Virus record (IMG/VR): IMGVR_UViG_3300020043_001571
Span: 1-25,141 of that record
Strand: one strand, 5' to 3'
DNA from: a virus
Lineage: Duplodnaviria > Caudoviricetes
DNA length: 25,141 bases
Of the stretch, positions 17,481 through 25,141 are shown piece by piece. The first letter of the stretch is position 1. Every line of letters starts with the position of its first letter. Made by a program: the position numbers and the translations under genes. Below the pieces are notes generated by a model that saw only the letters and a program-made list of their open reading frames with translations, was not told where the DNA came from and searched no databases.

Positions 17481-17493
17481 TAATATCGTTATG
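17481..17493 (+). promoter_or_regulatory. Repeated motif TAATATCGTTATG, copy 4
   Basis: One-base variant; TTGAAC lies 16 nt upstream. Confidence 0.7.
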
Positions 17494-18471
17494 GTTAATG
17501 ATTTACCTATTTACAAAATTACAATAGACCCCGAATATTCAGACGGGGAAAATTTAGGTATTGAACAAATTGCGTTCACGTCGAACCCAGCTATTAAAGT
17601 TAAGGGTATGGCGTTTGAGAATGTAGCCAAACGTTTCTTTTCCGACGAACTCAAATATAGAGTAACAGCGCCCGCGATGATTCCTATGGAAATATACAGA
17701 CGCGACGACGAAGCTGGCGAGTACTACGTACAATTCGAACAAGAAACTATCGAACAAATACACGTTAAGTTTATGCAAGACTTGCAGAACAAAAACGTTT
17801 TTAACCTAGAACACGACCAAGCTAAAGAAGTACCCGCGTACATTCTAGAAGCGTGGATAGTGGAAAACCCAACCCAAGATAAAGCTTTTACTACTTACGG
17901 AATTGAAGTGCCGAAAGGAACGTTAATGCTTACGGCCCAAGTAACGGACAAAGAGTATTATAACGAACTAGTAAAAAACGAACAGCTAGGCTTTTCTATT
18001 GAGGGCTTCTTGGGAATGAAATTAAGTAAACATATAAAACAAAATAGTATGAATTTCCCAGACGGAGAACACCTTTTAGAAGGTAAAATCTACGTGGTTA
18101 AAGACGGCCAAGTAGTTGAAATTAAAGAAGTCGAAAAAGAAGAAGTAGAACTAGCAGAAGTAACCGAAGAAGTTACAGAAGAAGTAGCACTCGAAGACAC
18201 AGCGGTAACAGAAGAAGAAGTAGTCGAAGAAGAAGTAGCTACAGAAATGGCTGTTGACCCAACTGCCGACGCCGAAGCTATCAAAGCTATCGTTATGCCT
18301 ATCATCGAAGAACAAGTTAACGCTATTATCGGAATGGTTGCAGACTTGAAAAACCAAATCGAAGAACTCGGCGTAGCTAAAGAAGAAGTAGAAGACGAAC
18401 TCGAACTAGCGAAAGACGTAAAAATGTCAGCTTTCGACAAGTTTAAAGCGTTTCGCGCATCAAACAAGTAA
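17491..18471 (+). CDS. Prohead protease (XkdF-like) fused to an acidic scaffold domain
   Basis: APAMIP..IYR, NLEH, EAWIVE, PKGT, GFSIEG, then an E/V-rich helical tail; directly upstream of the capsid gene. Confidence 0.8.
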   Translation: MVNDLPIYKITIDPEYSDGENLGIEQIAFTSNPAIKVKGMAFENVAKRFFSDELKYRVTAPAMIPMEIYRRDDEAGEYYVQFEQETIEQIHVKFMQDLQNKNVFNLEHDQAKEVPAYILEAWIVENPTQDKAFTTYGIEVPKGTLMLTAQVTDKEYYNELVKNEQLGFSIEGFLGMKLSKHIKQNSMNFPDGEHLLEGKIYVVKDGQVVEIKEVEKEEVELAEVTEEVTEEVALEDTAVTEEEVVEEEVATEMAVDPTADAEAIKAIVMPIIEEQVNAIIGMVADLKNQIEELGVAKEEVEDELELAKDVKMSAFDKFKAFRASNK

Positions 18472-18501
18472 CAAAATAAAAACAAAATAAAAACCAACAC
18501 A

Positions 18502-19431
18502 ATGATTAGAAACCTAAAATTTGACTTGGACGTAGACACAAACGCGTTGTTATGTCCTAACCCAGACGAGTTCTACAGCAAAGCTTATTTGACTGAAGAT
18601 ATCGCAGACAACTACCGCACTTTGCCAGGTATTAAGTCAGCTACTAAATTAGCTAACGTTACTTTCGGTAACATTCTTGCGCCGTCTACTTGTAACTTTT
18701 CTGCACCTACAGACAACCTAGATGCAGTTGATATTGACGTTTGTGCGCTTTCAGCTATGGCTCAAATCTGCCAGTTCGACCTAGAGCAATCTTTTTTAGC
18801 ATTACAAATGTCGCAAGGTTCAAACGGCGACTTTACTGTAGCTTCTTTTATGTCTTACTACTGGACAGAAATGGCTGCACGTATCGGTAACGACCTAGAG
18901 TTAATCCGTTGGCAAGGTGACACCACTTCAGAGAACGATACTTTGGCTCTTTGTGATGGTTACATTAAAAAACTTTGTGCTGACAACGCTGTAAACGGTC
19001 TTTACACAGACGCTATTACTTCGTCTAACGTATTGGCTAGAATGACTGCAGTACTTCAAGCTAGCCCAGCGGCAGTACAAGCTAAAAGAAACGACCTTCG
19101 TTTGTTCGTTTCTTCTGACGTATTCGTTAACTACCAAATCGCGGCGGCTTCTGGTAACACTTTAACTTATGTTACTGCACCTTTAGCACCTACTTTCTTG
19201 GGTATTAAAATCGTTCTTGCAGAAGGTATGCCAACAAGCACTATGGTTCTTGCGCTTAAGACAGACCTTATCTACGCATTTGATGCAGAAGGCGACGCTA
19301 AAGCTTTGAAAGCTGTTAACCTTTCTGATTCAGTTGCAGAACCGTACATCCGTACACGTGCGAACCTCAAAGCTGGTTTCCACTATACGAACCCTGACCA
19401 AATTGTTATGTACAACGTTTGCTTTGACTAA
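18502..19431 (+). CDS. Major capsid protein
   Basis: 309 aa, follows protease/scaffold; LIRWQGDT..CDG.IKKL; A-rich leader and own terminator. Confidence 0.8.
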   Translation: MIRNLKFDLDVDTNALLCPNPDEFYSKAYLTEDIADNYRTLPGIKSATKLANVTFGNILAPSTCNFSAPTDNLDAVDIDVCALSAMAQICQFDLEQSFLALQMSQGSNGDFTVASFMSYYWTEMAARIGNDLELIRWQGDTTSENDTLALCDGYIKKLCADNAVNGLYTDAITSSNVLARMTAVLQASPAAVQAKRNDLRLFVSSDVFVNYQIAAASGNTLTYVTAPLAPTFLGIKIVLAEGMPTSTMVLALKTDLIYAFDAEGDAKALKAVNLSDSVAEPYIRTRANLKAGFHYTNPDQIVMYNVCFD

Positions 19432-19458
19432 TCGTTAACTGCAATTTAAAAACATACG

Positions 19459-19486
19459 GGGCGGCCATAAAACGCCGCCCTTTTTT
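19459..19486 (+). terminator. Intrinsic terminator after the capsid gene
   Basis: GGGCGGC-8 nt-GCCGCCC-TTTTTT. Confidence 0.85.
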
Positions 19487-19508
19487 ATAACACTTAAATT
19501 TAAAAGAT

Positions 19509-20024
19509 ATGGCTTGCGCTACATTAGAAGAAATCTTAAAAAGCTGTGACAACAACAGCGGCGGTATCTATACCTTGTTAGTTAACCAACAAGATAACAT
19601 TACTGCAATTACAACTAACGAAACTGGTACGAACTGGGAGGTAACCGCTATTACTCATTCTTCGCCTTACGTTGCTTTAGAGTTTAAACGTAATACTTCT
19701 AGCTACACAGAAGATGGTACTATTGACCTAGTAAACGGTTCTAGCTACGTTACTCAAACTATTAACTTAATGTTTCACAGACGCGAACAAGAAAAAAGCC
19801 GCGCTATTAAAGTATTAGGCGCTGGCCAACAATACTTGAACGCGGTTGTAGGCGACGCAAACGGCAAATATTGGTATTTCCCATACTTGCAAGTTTCAGC
19901 TTACGGCGAAGGTTCGGGAACAACTCGCGCGGACGGCTCGAAGTATTCGCTTACTTTGGTTGCTGAAAACGAAACTTTGGCTTACGAAGTAGACCCTACA
20001 ATTATTGCTGGTCTTACTGTTTAA
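19509..20024 (+). CDS. Putative major tail tube protein
   Basis: MAC..C.NNSGGI, NGSSYVTQTI, DANGKYW, SGT.RADGSKYSLTL pattern of Bacteroidetes phage tube proteins. Confidence 0.65.
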   Translation: MACATLEEILKSCDNNSGGIYTLLVNQQDNITAITTNETGTNWEVTAITHSSPYVALEFKRNTSSYTEDGTIDLVNGSSYVTQTINLMFHRREQEKSRAIKVLGAGQQYLNAVVGDANGKYWYFPYLQVSAYGEGSGTTRADGSKYSLTLVAENETLAYEVDPTIIAGLTV

Positions 20025-20051
20025 GAAGCCCCTATTTATTCGAATAACACT

Positions 20052-20074
20052 AGCCCCCTACTTAAGGGGGTTTT
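20052..20074 (+). terminator. Intrinsic terminator
   Basis: AGCCCCCT-ACTTA-AGGGGGTT followed by a T-rich tail. Confidence 0.8.
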
Positions 20075-20103
20075 GTGTTTTTGAACGTTAAGCTTTTAAA
20101 ACT

Positions 20104-20116
20104 TAATATTGTTATG
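20104..20116 (+). promoter_or_regulatory. Repeated motif TAATATTGTTATG, copy 5
   Basis: Directly after a terminator; TTGAAC lies 17 nt upstream. Confidence 0.75.
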
Positions 20117-20464
20117 ATTTACATTGATAAAGGGCAACTTAACACCTTTGCTTTAACGCTTACGGAAGTTACTACACTAGTAGACCCCTTTTATTTATTT
20201 GTATTTGAGGGCGAATATAACACCGCTGTAGAGCCTATCTTTTGGGTTGGCGAAGATACGAGTAGTTGGCCTACCAGATACAACCTATTCACGCTAGAAG
20301 AAGGCGTAGACGTAGAACTAATTAAAGGGCAATACACGTACAGCGTTTTTGAAAGCGCAGACCCTATAACTATAGACGAAAACACGAACACAGAAGGACT
20401 TAATTTAATAGAAGAAGGGCGTTTAGTTGTAGCTGGCGCTTCTGTTTCTTCAATATACGACTAA
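20114..20464 (+). CDS. Hypothetical structural protein
   Basis: ATG 20114 lies within the motif; acidic and beta-rich; precedes the portal. Confidence 0.7.
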   Translation: MIYIDKGQLNTFALTLTEVTTLVDPFYLFVFEGEYNTAVEPIFWVGEDTSSWPTRYNLFTLEEGVDVELIKGQYTYSVFESADPITIDENTNTEGLNLIEEGRLVVAGASVSSIYD

Positions 20465-20467
20465 CAA

Positions 20468-21745
20468 ATGGGAATTTTTGACAGATTTAAACAACCGAAA
20501 ACAGAAGTAATAGAAGGCTACCAGTCTTTTAGTACGCCTTTTGGTAAAATAGGACGTGGCGACTTGTCACTCCCTTACGTAAACGGACGCTATCAAATTG
20601 CGGGTTACGTTCCTTTCGGACAAGACAACCTTTACCCAGAAATTCTTAACCAGATTTACTTTACTTCGCCATTACACGGGGCTATCGTAGACTTTAAAGT
20701 TAACGCTACTATCGGTGCGGGCTACGAACTAAAGACGGACAAGCTAACGCCAGAAGAAAAGCTAGCGCTTTACACTTGGGAAAAGAAAATGAAGCTTTCA
20801 AAGTCTGTAAAAGCTGTAACCAAACAGCTAGTAATGCACCACCGCGTTTACTTTAAGCTGTATTTTGACGAAAAAGGAAAGGTAAAAACTATCGAAAACG
20901 TAAGCCCAGAAAAAGTACGTATAAACAATAAAAAAGACCGTTACTATTTATGCGACGACTGGGCATCTAGAATTGACGTAGAAGAAGTTAAGCCATACCA
21001 CCCCCTAAATACTGACAAATGCCAGCTTTGGGCCTATGAGTTACCTAGTATCGGACAAGATTATTACCCATTACCGCAATATTCAAGTGCGTTAAACTTT
21101 GCTTTCTTGTCTGGCGAACTTTCCTACTTTGCAAAGTCGAACATACAGAACTCTATTTTCCCGTCTTTTGCTATGCTTTTCCCTAAACGCCCACAAAGCG
21201 AAGAAGAAAAGAAAGTACTGCGCGACACTATTGACAGAATGAAAGGCGCGGCTAACGCTGGTAAAGGTGTTGCATTTTTTGCAAATAGTCAAGACCAGCT
21301 ACCAAAGATTGAAAGCATACCAACCAACCAAAACGACAAACTTTTTCAAGAAGCTAGCGGCTTAAATACAGAACAAATTTGCTTTGCCCATACTATAGAC
21401 CCTATCTTATTAGGGGTTCGCACAGCGGGTTCTTTGGGTAATGGTTCGGACATTAAACAAGCTTATATCATTTTTGAAAAGAACGTTGTAATTCCTTTGC
21501 GTGAACAAGTAGCCGAAATTTTCCAAGAATTGCTAAATATTTGCCGTTTAAGCGCAGAATTTAATATTCGTAATTTCCAAATCATTAACGACGCTATTGT
21601 AGAACGCGACGAGAAAATTTTAAAGGTAGTAGATGCCTTGAATAGTTTAGAAGCTAGTATAGCGCAAAAAGTTATTGAGCAAATGACACCTAACGAGTTA
21701 CGCGCTTTGGCTAGTTTACCACCTTTAAACACGCCCGCACAATGA
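20468..21745 (+). CDS. Portal protein
   Basis: 425 aa; PFGQDNLYP, SPLHGAI, YYPLPQY, NIQNSIFPS, GAANAGK, ICFAH.IDP.LLG, VIPLRE. Confidence 0.85.
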   Translation: MGIFDRFKQPKTEVIEGYQSFSTPFGKIGRGDLSLPYVNGRYQIAGYVPFGQDNLYPEILNQIYFTSPLHGAIVDFKVNATIGAGYELKTDKLTPEEKLALYTWEKKMKLSKSVKAVTKQLVMHHRVYFKLYFDEKGKVKTIENVSPEKVRINNKKDRYYLCDDWASRIDVEEVKPYHPLNTDKCQLWAYELPSIGQDYYPLPQYSSALNFAFLSGELSYFAKSNIQNSIFPSFAMLFPKRPQSEEEKKVLRDTIDRMKGAANAGKGVAFFANSQDQLPKIESIPTNQNDKLFQEASGLNTEQICFAHTIDPILLGVRTAGSLGNGSDIKQAYIIFEKNVVIPLREQVAEIFQELLNICRLSAEFNIRNFQIINDAIVERDEKILKVVDALNSLEASIAQKVIEQMTPNELRALASLPPLNTPAQ

Positions 21746-22299
21746 TTTATTTTATAACTGAAACCTATTTAAAAACGAACACGCCTATTACTGCAAACGT
21801 AGACGTGACAGACGTAACGCCATACATTAAAACGCAGTCAGACTTACGCGTGCAACCTATTCTGGGTTCTGTCTTCTATAACTATATGCTAGACGCGTAC
21901 AATACGCAGACGCTAACTAACGACGAAGAAGACCTAGTTAAATTTATTCAGCCAGTTGTAGCTTGGCGTTCGGCAGAAGACGCTGTTTTTGGGTTATCTT
22001 ACCAACTTAAGAACAAAGGTCTACAAACGCAGTTCGGCGACTACTCTGGTAGCGTTAGCCGTGCAGAAGTAGCGTTCGGAATGGAACACTACGCACAAAA
22101 AGCTAGTTTCTTTGAGGCCCGTTTAATTAAATGGTTGCTAGCTAATAAAAACCTATTCCCGTTATTTACTAGTAAAGAAAACCGCGACACAGATTTACGC
22201 CCACAGATTGAAGCTTGCGACTGCGTAGGTACTTGTTACGGGCGTTGTGGCCAGCGCTATAACGACAACGGTTATAATAACGCTATAATGGTTTTCTAA
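21742..22299 (+). CDS. Putative head-tail adaptor
   Basis: Helical, 185 aa, coupled to the portal; YIKTQSD..VQPILGS..Y. Confidence 0.6.
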   Translation: MIYFITETYLKTNTPITANVDVTDVTPYIKTQSDLRVQPILGSVFYNYMLDAYNTQTLTNDEEDLVKFIQPVVAWRSAEDAVFGLSYQLKNKGLQTQFGDYSGSVSRAEVAFGMEHYAQKASFFEARLIKWLLANKNLFPLFTSKENRDTDLRPQIEACDCVGTCYGRCGQRYNDNGYNNAIMVF

Positions 22300-22724
22300 T
22301 GAGTACAAAACTACAAGCTTTTATATTTGCGTTACTATCTATTCTGGCGCCAGTTAAGCCGCTAGTTTTTATTGCTGTTTTAGCTATTATTTTAGATACG
22401 TGTTTCGGTATCTGGCGAAGTGTTAAAAAGTCTGGCTGGACTTCTATACGTTCTAGACGTTTGAGCCATACAATTAGCAAAAGCCTTCTTTATTCTGGCG
22501 CTATTGTATTTATATTCCTTTTAGAAAAGTACGTAGTCGCTGACATTCTAGGCCACTTTATTGCCATTGATTTAGTGTTAACGAAAATGTTTACTTTCTT
22601 CTGTGTTTTTACAGAAATCAAAAGCATAAACGAAAGCTATTTTTCTGTTACTGGTGTAAACGTTTGGGACAAGTTTCTAAAGTTTGTACGTCGTAGCAAA
22701 GAACAGCTAGAAGACTTAAAGTAA
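22299..22724 (+). CDS. Holin (Phage_holin_4_1-like)
   Basis: Several TM helices; ILDTCFGIW, I.SRRL..TI.K, EIKSINE; upstream of the endolysin. Confidence 0.85.
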   Translation: MSTKLQAFIFALLSILAPVKPLVFIAVLAIILDTCFGIWRSVKKSGWTSIRSRRLSHTISKSLLYSGAIVFIFLLEKYVVADILGHFIAIDLVLTKMFTFFCVFTEIKSINESYFSVTGVNVWDKFLKFVRRSKEQLEDLK

Positions 22725-22788
22725 ATAACACTTAATTAAGGTGTAAAACACTTAAAATGTCCAGTAAAACGGACAAAAAACTGGACAA

Positions 22789-23364
22789 ATGGTAAGACCT
22801 TACACAGACAAAGAACTGCTAGAAAAAGTTAAGAGCCTTTCGTCTTTTAAAACTATTCCGTCTGGTTATTGGTTACTAGGTGTCCGTTCTTTGGACGACT
22901 TACCGAACCGCTTTGACGACAAAATTTACCTATTCAAAAACGAAGACTTTGTTTTAGTAACTTCTGCGACTACCAACGCTGGAACTCCTACGCTACGCCA
23001 GTTCGAAAAGATTAATAAAGACGGCGCCGCTGTACTTAAAGCTAACGAATGGTATTATAACGTATGGAAATACGGAAAACACAACGGTAAAGTAGAAGCA
23101 CTTTTACAGCTAGGTAACAAAGTAAAGGTATTTAGGGACACAGACAAAGACGACAAGTCAGAAGAACAAGGCAAACTTCAAGAAGGCTATTTCGGTATTA
23201 ATTTCCACCCAAACACCTACGACTTAACTAAAATGTCTGGCACTAACGTCGGTTGGTGGTCCGCTGGCTGTCAAGTAGTCAACAATATACCTAACTACAA
23301 AGTAATGATAGGGCTATTAAAGCGTGAAAAGTTAGTATCTTATTGCCTTATTCACGAATTTTAA
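22789..23364 (+). CDS. Putative endolysin with a YkuD/L,D-transpeptidase-like His-Cys site
   Basis: GINFH...WSAGCQV; lies between holin and lipoprotein. Confidence 0.65.
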   Translation: MVRPYTDKELLEKVKSLSSFKTIPSGYWLLGVRSLDDLPNRFDDKIYLFKNEDFVLVTSATTNAGTPTLRQFEKINKDGAAVLKANEWYYNVWKYGKHNGKVEALLQLGNKVKVFRDTDKDDKSEEQGKLQEGYFGINFHPNTYDLTKMSGTNVGWWSAGCQVVNNIPNYKVMIGLLKREKLVSYCLIHEF

Positions 23365-23376
23365 AGCTATAACCTT

Positions 23377-23823
23377 ATGAAAAAAATTAAATTTAAAGGC
23401 TATACCCTTGTTTTGTCACTTATTTTAGCAGTAATTGTGACAAGTTGTAGCGCAAATTACCACGTTCGTAAAGCAATTAAGAAGGGCTACAGATGCGACA
23501 CTATAGCCGACACTATTACAATAAATTCGATAGACTCAATCCCGTACGTTTTAAGGGACTCTATAGCTTGGGAAAGGGTAATAGTCCAAAAAGATACAAT
23601 CATTCGTTACAAGCGTTCTTTCGTGCCTAAAACGCGACTAGAAACACGAATAGAATACAGACTGAAACGCGACACGCTTAAATTGATAGAAAAAGTTGAG
23701 GTCGTAAAGTATAAAACTGAAAAGAATAAGAATAAAAAGCCGAACTTATGGCTGTTTGTTATAGGTTTTGGCGCTGGCTTTATTACAAAGTGGCTTCTTA
23801 AGTTTTCTAAATACACTATATGA
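23377..23823 (+). CDS. Lipoprotein with C-terminal TM helix, putative unimolecular spanin
   Basis: Signal peptide with lipobox VTS-C24; C-terminal LWLFVIGFGAGFITKWLL. Confidence 0.65.
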   Translation: MKKIKFKGYTLVLSLILAVIVTSCSANYHVRKAIKKGYRCDTIADTITINSIDSIPYVLRDSIAWERVIVQKDTIIRYKRSFVPKTRLETRIEYRLKRDTLKLIEKVEVVKYKTEKNKNKKPNLWLFVIGFGAGFITKWLLKFSKYTI

Positions 23824-24884
23824 GTAAATTTAGGCCACGCATTACGCGTGAAGAATTTGAAATAGTAGCACAATATAGGGCTATTAAAAATAAGTCTAAC
23901 GAACTAGGACTAGACGACAAAGACGTAAAGCACGGCTGGCTCAAAACAAATGATGCCAGCCTTTTCTTTAAGAACCCGTCTTTCGGTAGCAACTTCGATA
24001 TTAAAGACGTAGACTTTAAGGCATTAATTGAAAACGCGCCGAAGCTAGAAATACAACCTATAAAAAAACGAAGCTATAACGGCTTATTTGACAAGCTAGT
24101 ATTTACTGACGTGCATATAGGAATGGACGCCAGCGACAAAGGGCGTAATATGTACGACGTAGAATGGAACGAAACAATACTATTCGAACGTTTAGAACAA
24201 ATGGTAAGCTACACGCTAGAAAAACAGAACAGCGACACGCTTTACATACTAGATTTAGGCGACTATTTAGACGGGTTTAACGGGCAAACTACTAGGGGCG
24301 GCCACTCCTTACCGCAAAATATGAGCAACCAGAAAGCGTTTGACGTTGGCTTTCAGTTTAAAGTTGGTCTAGTTCAAGCCCTTGCACCTTATTATAAGAC
24401 TATCGAAATACGAAACATTTGTAACGACAACCATAGCGGGGACTTTTCGTACTTTGTTAACCAGTTCTTCAAGACTTATGTAGAACGCGACTTAAAAAAC
24501 GTACACGTAACTAACCAGACATCGTTTATAGACTACGAAATAATAGATAATTATTGCTTTGTAACTACACACGGAAAAGACACGCACAATTTAAAGAACG
24601 GATTTAAGCCGAAAATAGACCCGAACCAGATTAATAGAATACTAGGATACCTAAATACGAAGCAATTACTTAATAAAGGCTACGATATAACATTCGAAAA
24701 AGGCGACAGCCACTTATATTTATTTGATAGCGCAAGTAGTGACTTGTTTAAGTACTACAATTACCCAGCTTTTAGCCCGTCTAGTAACTGGGTGGCTATG
24801 AACTTTCAGCTAGGTAGGTCGGGCTTTGTACATTTTAACTACGACAAGCACCGCAAAAGCATAAACGAATACTTTTTTACGTAA
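23820..24884 (+). CDS. Calcineurin-like metallophosphoesterase
   Basis: DVH, GDYLDG, NDNH, THG, GDSH motifs in the canonical order. Confidence 0.8.
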   Translation: MSKFRPRITREEFEIVAQYRAIKNKSNELGLDDKDVKHGWLKTNDASLFFKNPSFGSNFDIKDVDFKALIENAPKLEIQPIKKRSYNGLFDKLVFTDVHIGMDASDKGRNMYDVEWNETILFERLEQMVSYTLEKQNSDTLYILDLGDYLDGFNGQTTRGGHSLPQNMSNQKAFDVGFQFKVGLVQALAPYYKTIEIRNICNDNHSGDFSYFVNQFFKTYVERDLKNVHVTNQTSFIDYEIIDNYCFVTTHGKDTHNLKNGFKPKIDPNQINRILGYLNTKQLLNKGYDITFEKGDSHLYLFDSASSDLFKYYNYPAFSPSSNWVAMNFQLGRSGFVHFNYDKHRKSINEYFFT

Positions 24885-24909
24885 CTTTACCTACGTTTCA
24901 TAGTTTAAG

Positions 24910-24933
24910 GCCACCTTTCGGGGTGGCTTTTTT
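24910..24933 (+). terminator. Intrinsic terminator ending the late operon
   Basis: GCCACCT-TTCG-GGGTGGC-TTTTTT. Confidence 0.9.
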
Positions 24934-25141
24934 GTATGCTATAACATATAAATAAGTCGTTTTTCCGTTTTTTATATCTTATCACGTATAAATTTTACAT
25001 TTCACTATACATAAAGTGGCAAATTCTGCTACCTATACATTACAATAATGTAATATATCGAAAAATATTTTGCGTCTGTAGGCCTTGTAAACACTAGGAA
25101 ATAAAAAAAATGTGAAAAAAATTTGTTAAAAAGTTTGGTAG

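Noticed and set aside
18100-18250. GAAGAAGTA-like repeats
   Set aside because: Low-complexity coding of the E/V-rich scaffold domain.
18470-18501. Tandem ACAAAATAAAA before the capsid gene
   Set aside because: Explained as an A-rich Bacteroidetes translation leader.
1-25141. Stop-codon reassignment suggested by abundant TAG/CTAG; CRISPR, tRNA, integrase, intron or intein
   Set aside because: Genes are full length in the standard code and TAG ends several ORFs. No arrays, cloverleafs or interruptions were seen.

Overview
This 25 kb window is part of a tailed dsDNA phage genome (siphovirus-like). The host is probably in Bacteroidetes/Flavobacteria, judged from TAnnTTTG promoter boxes, A-rich leaders and no Shine-Dalgarno sites. 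Left part: the end of a probable DNA methyltransferase, NinG, an ERF/exonuclease/SSB-like recombination module, small ORFs and an ECF-like sigma factor. Middle: terminase small and large subunits, tail proteins, tape measure, a fibre/lectin cassette, a neck gene and two paralogous minus-strand genes. Right: prohead protease-scaffold, major capsid, tail tube, portal, adaptor, holin, endolysin, a spanin-like lipoprotein and a metallophosphoesterase. Main observations: (1) a 13-nt motif, TAATATYGTTATG, fused to the start codon of five morphogenesis modules, a candidate leaderless late promoter for the phage sigma factor; (2) a fibre cassette with no CTAG inside a CTAG-rich genome; (3) a short peptide motif shared by two tail proteins; (4) a probable unimolecular spanin. 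All calls come from reading motifs by eye; no searches were run.
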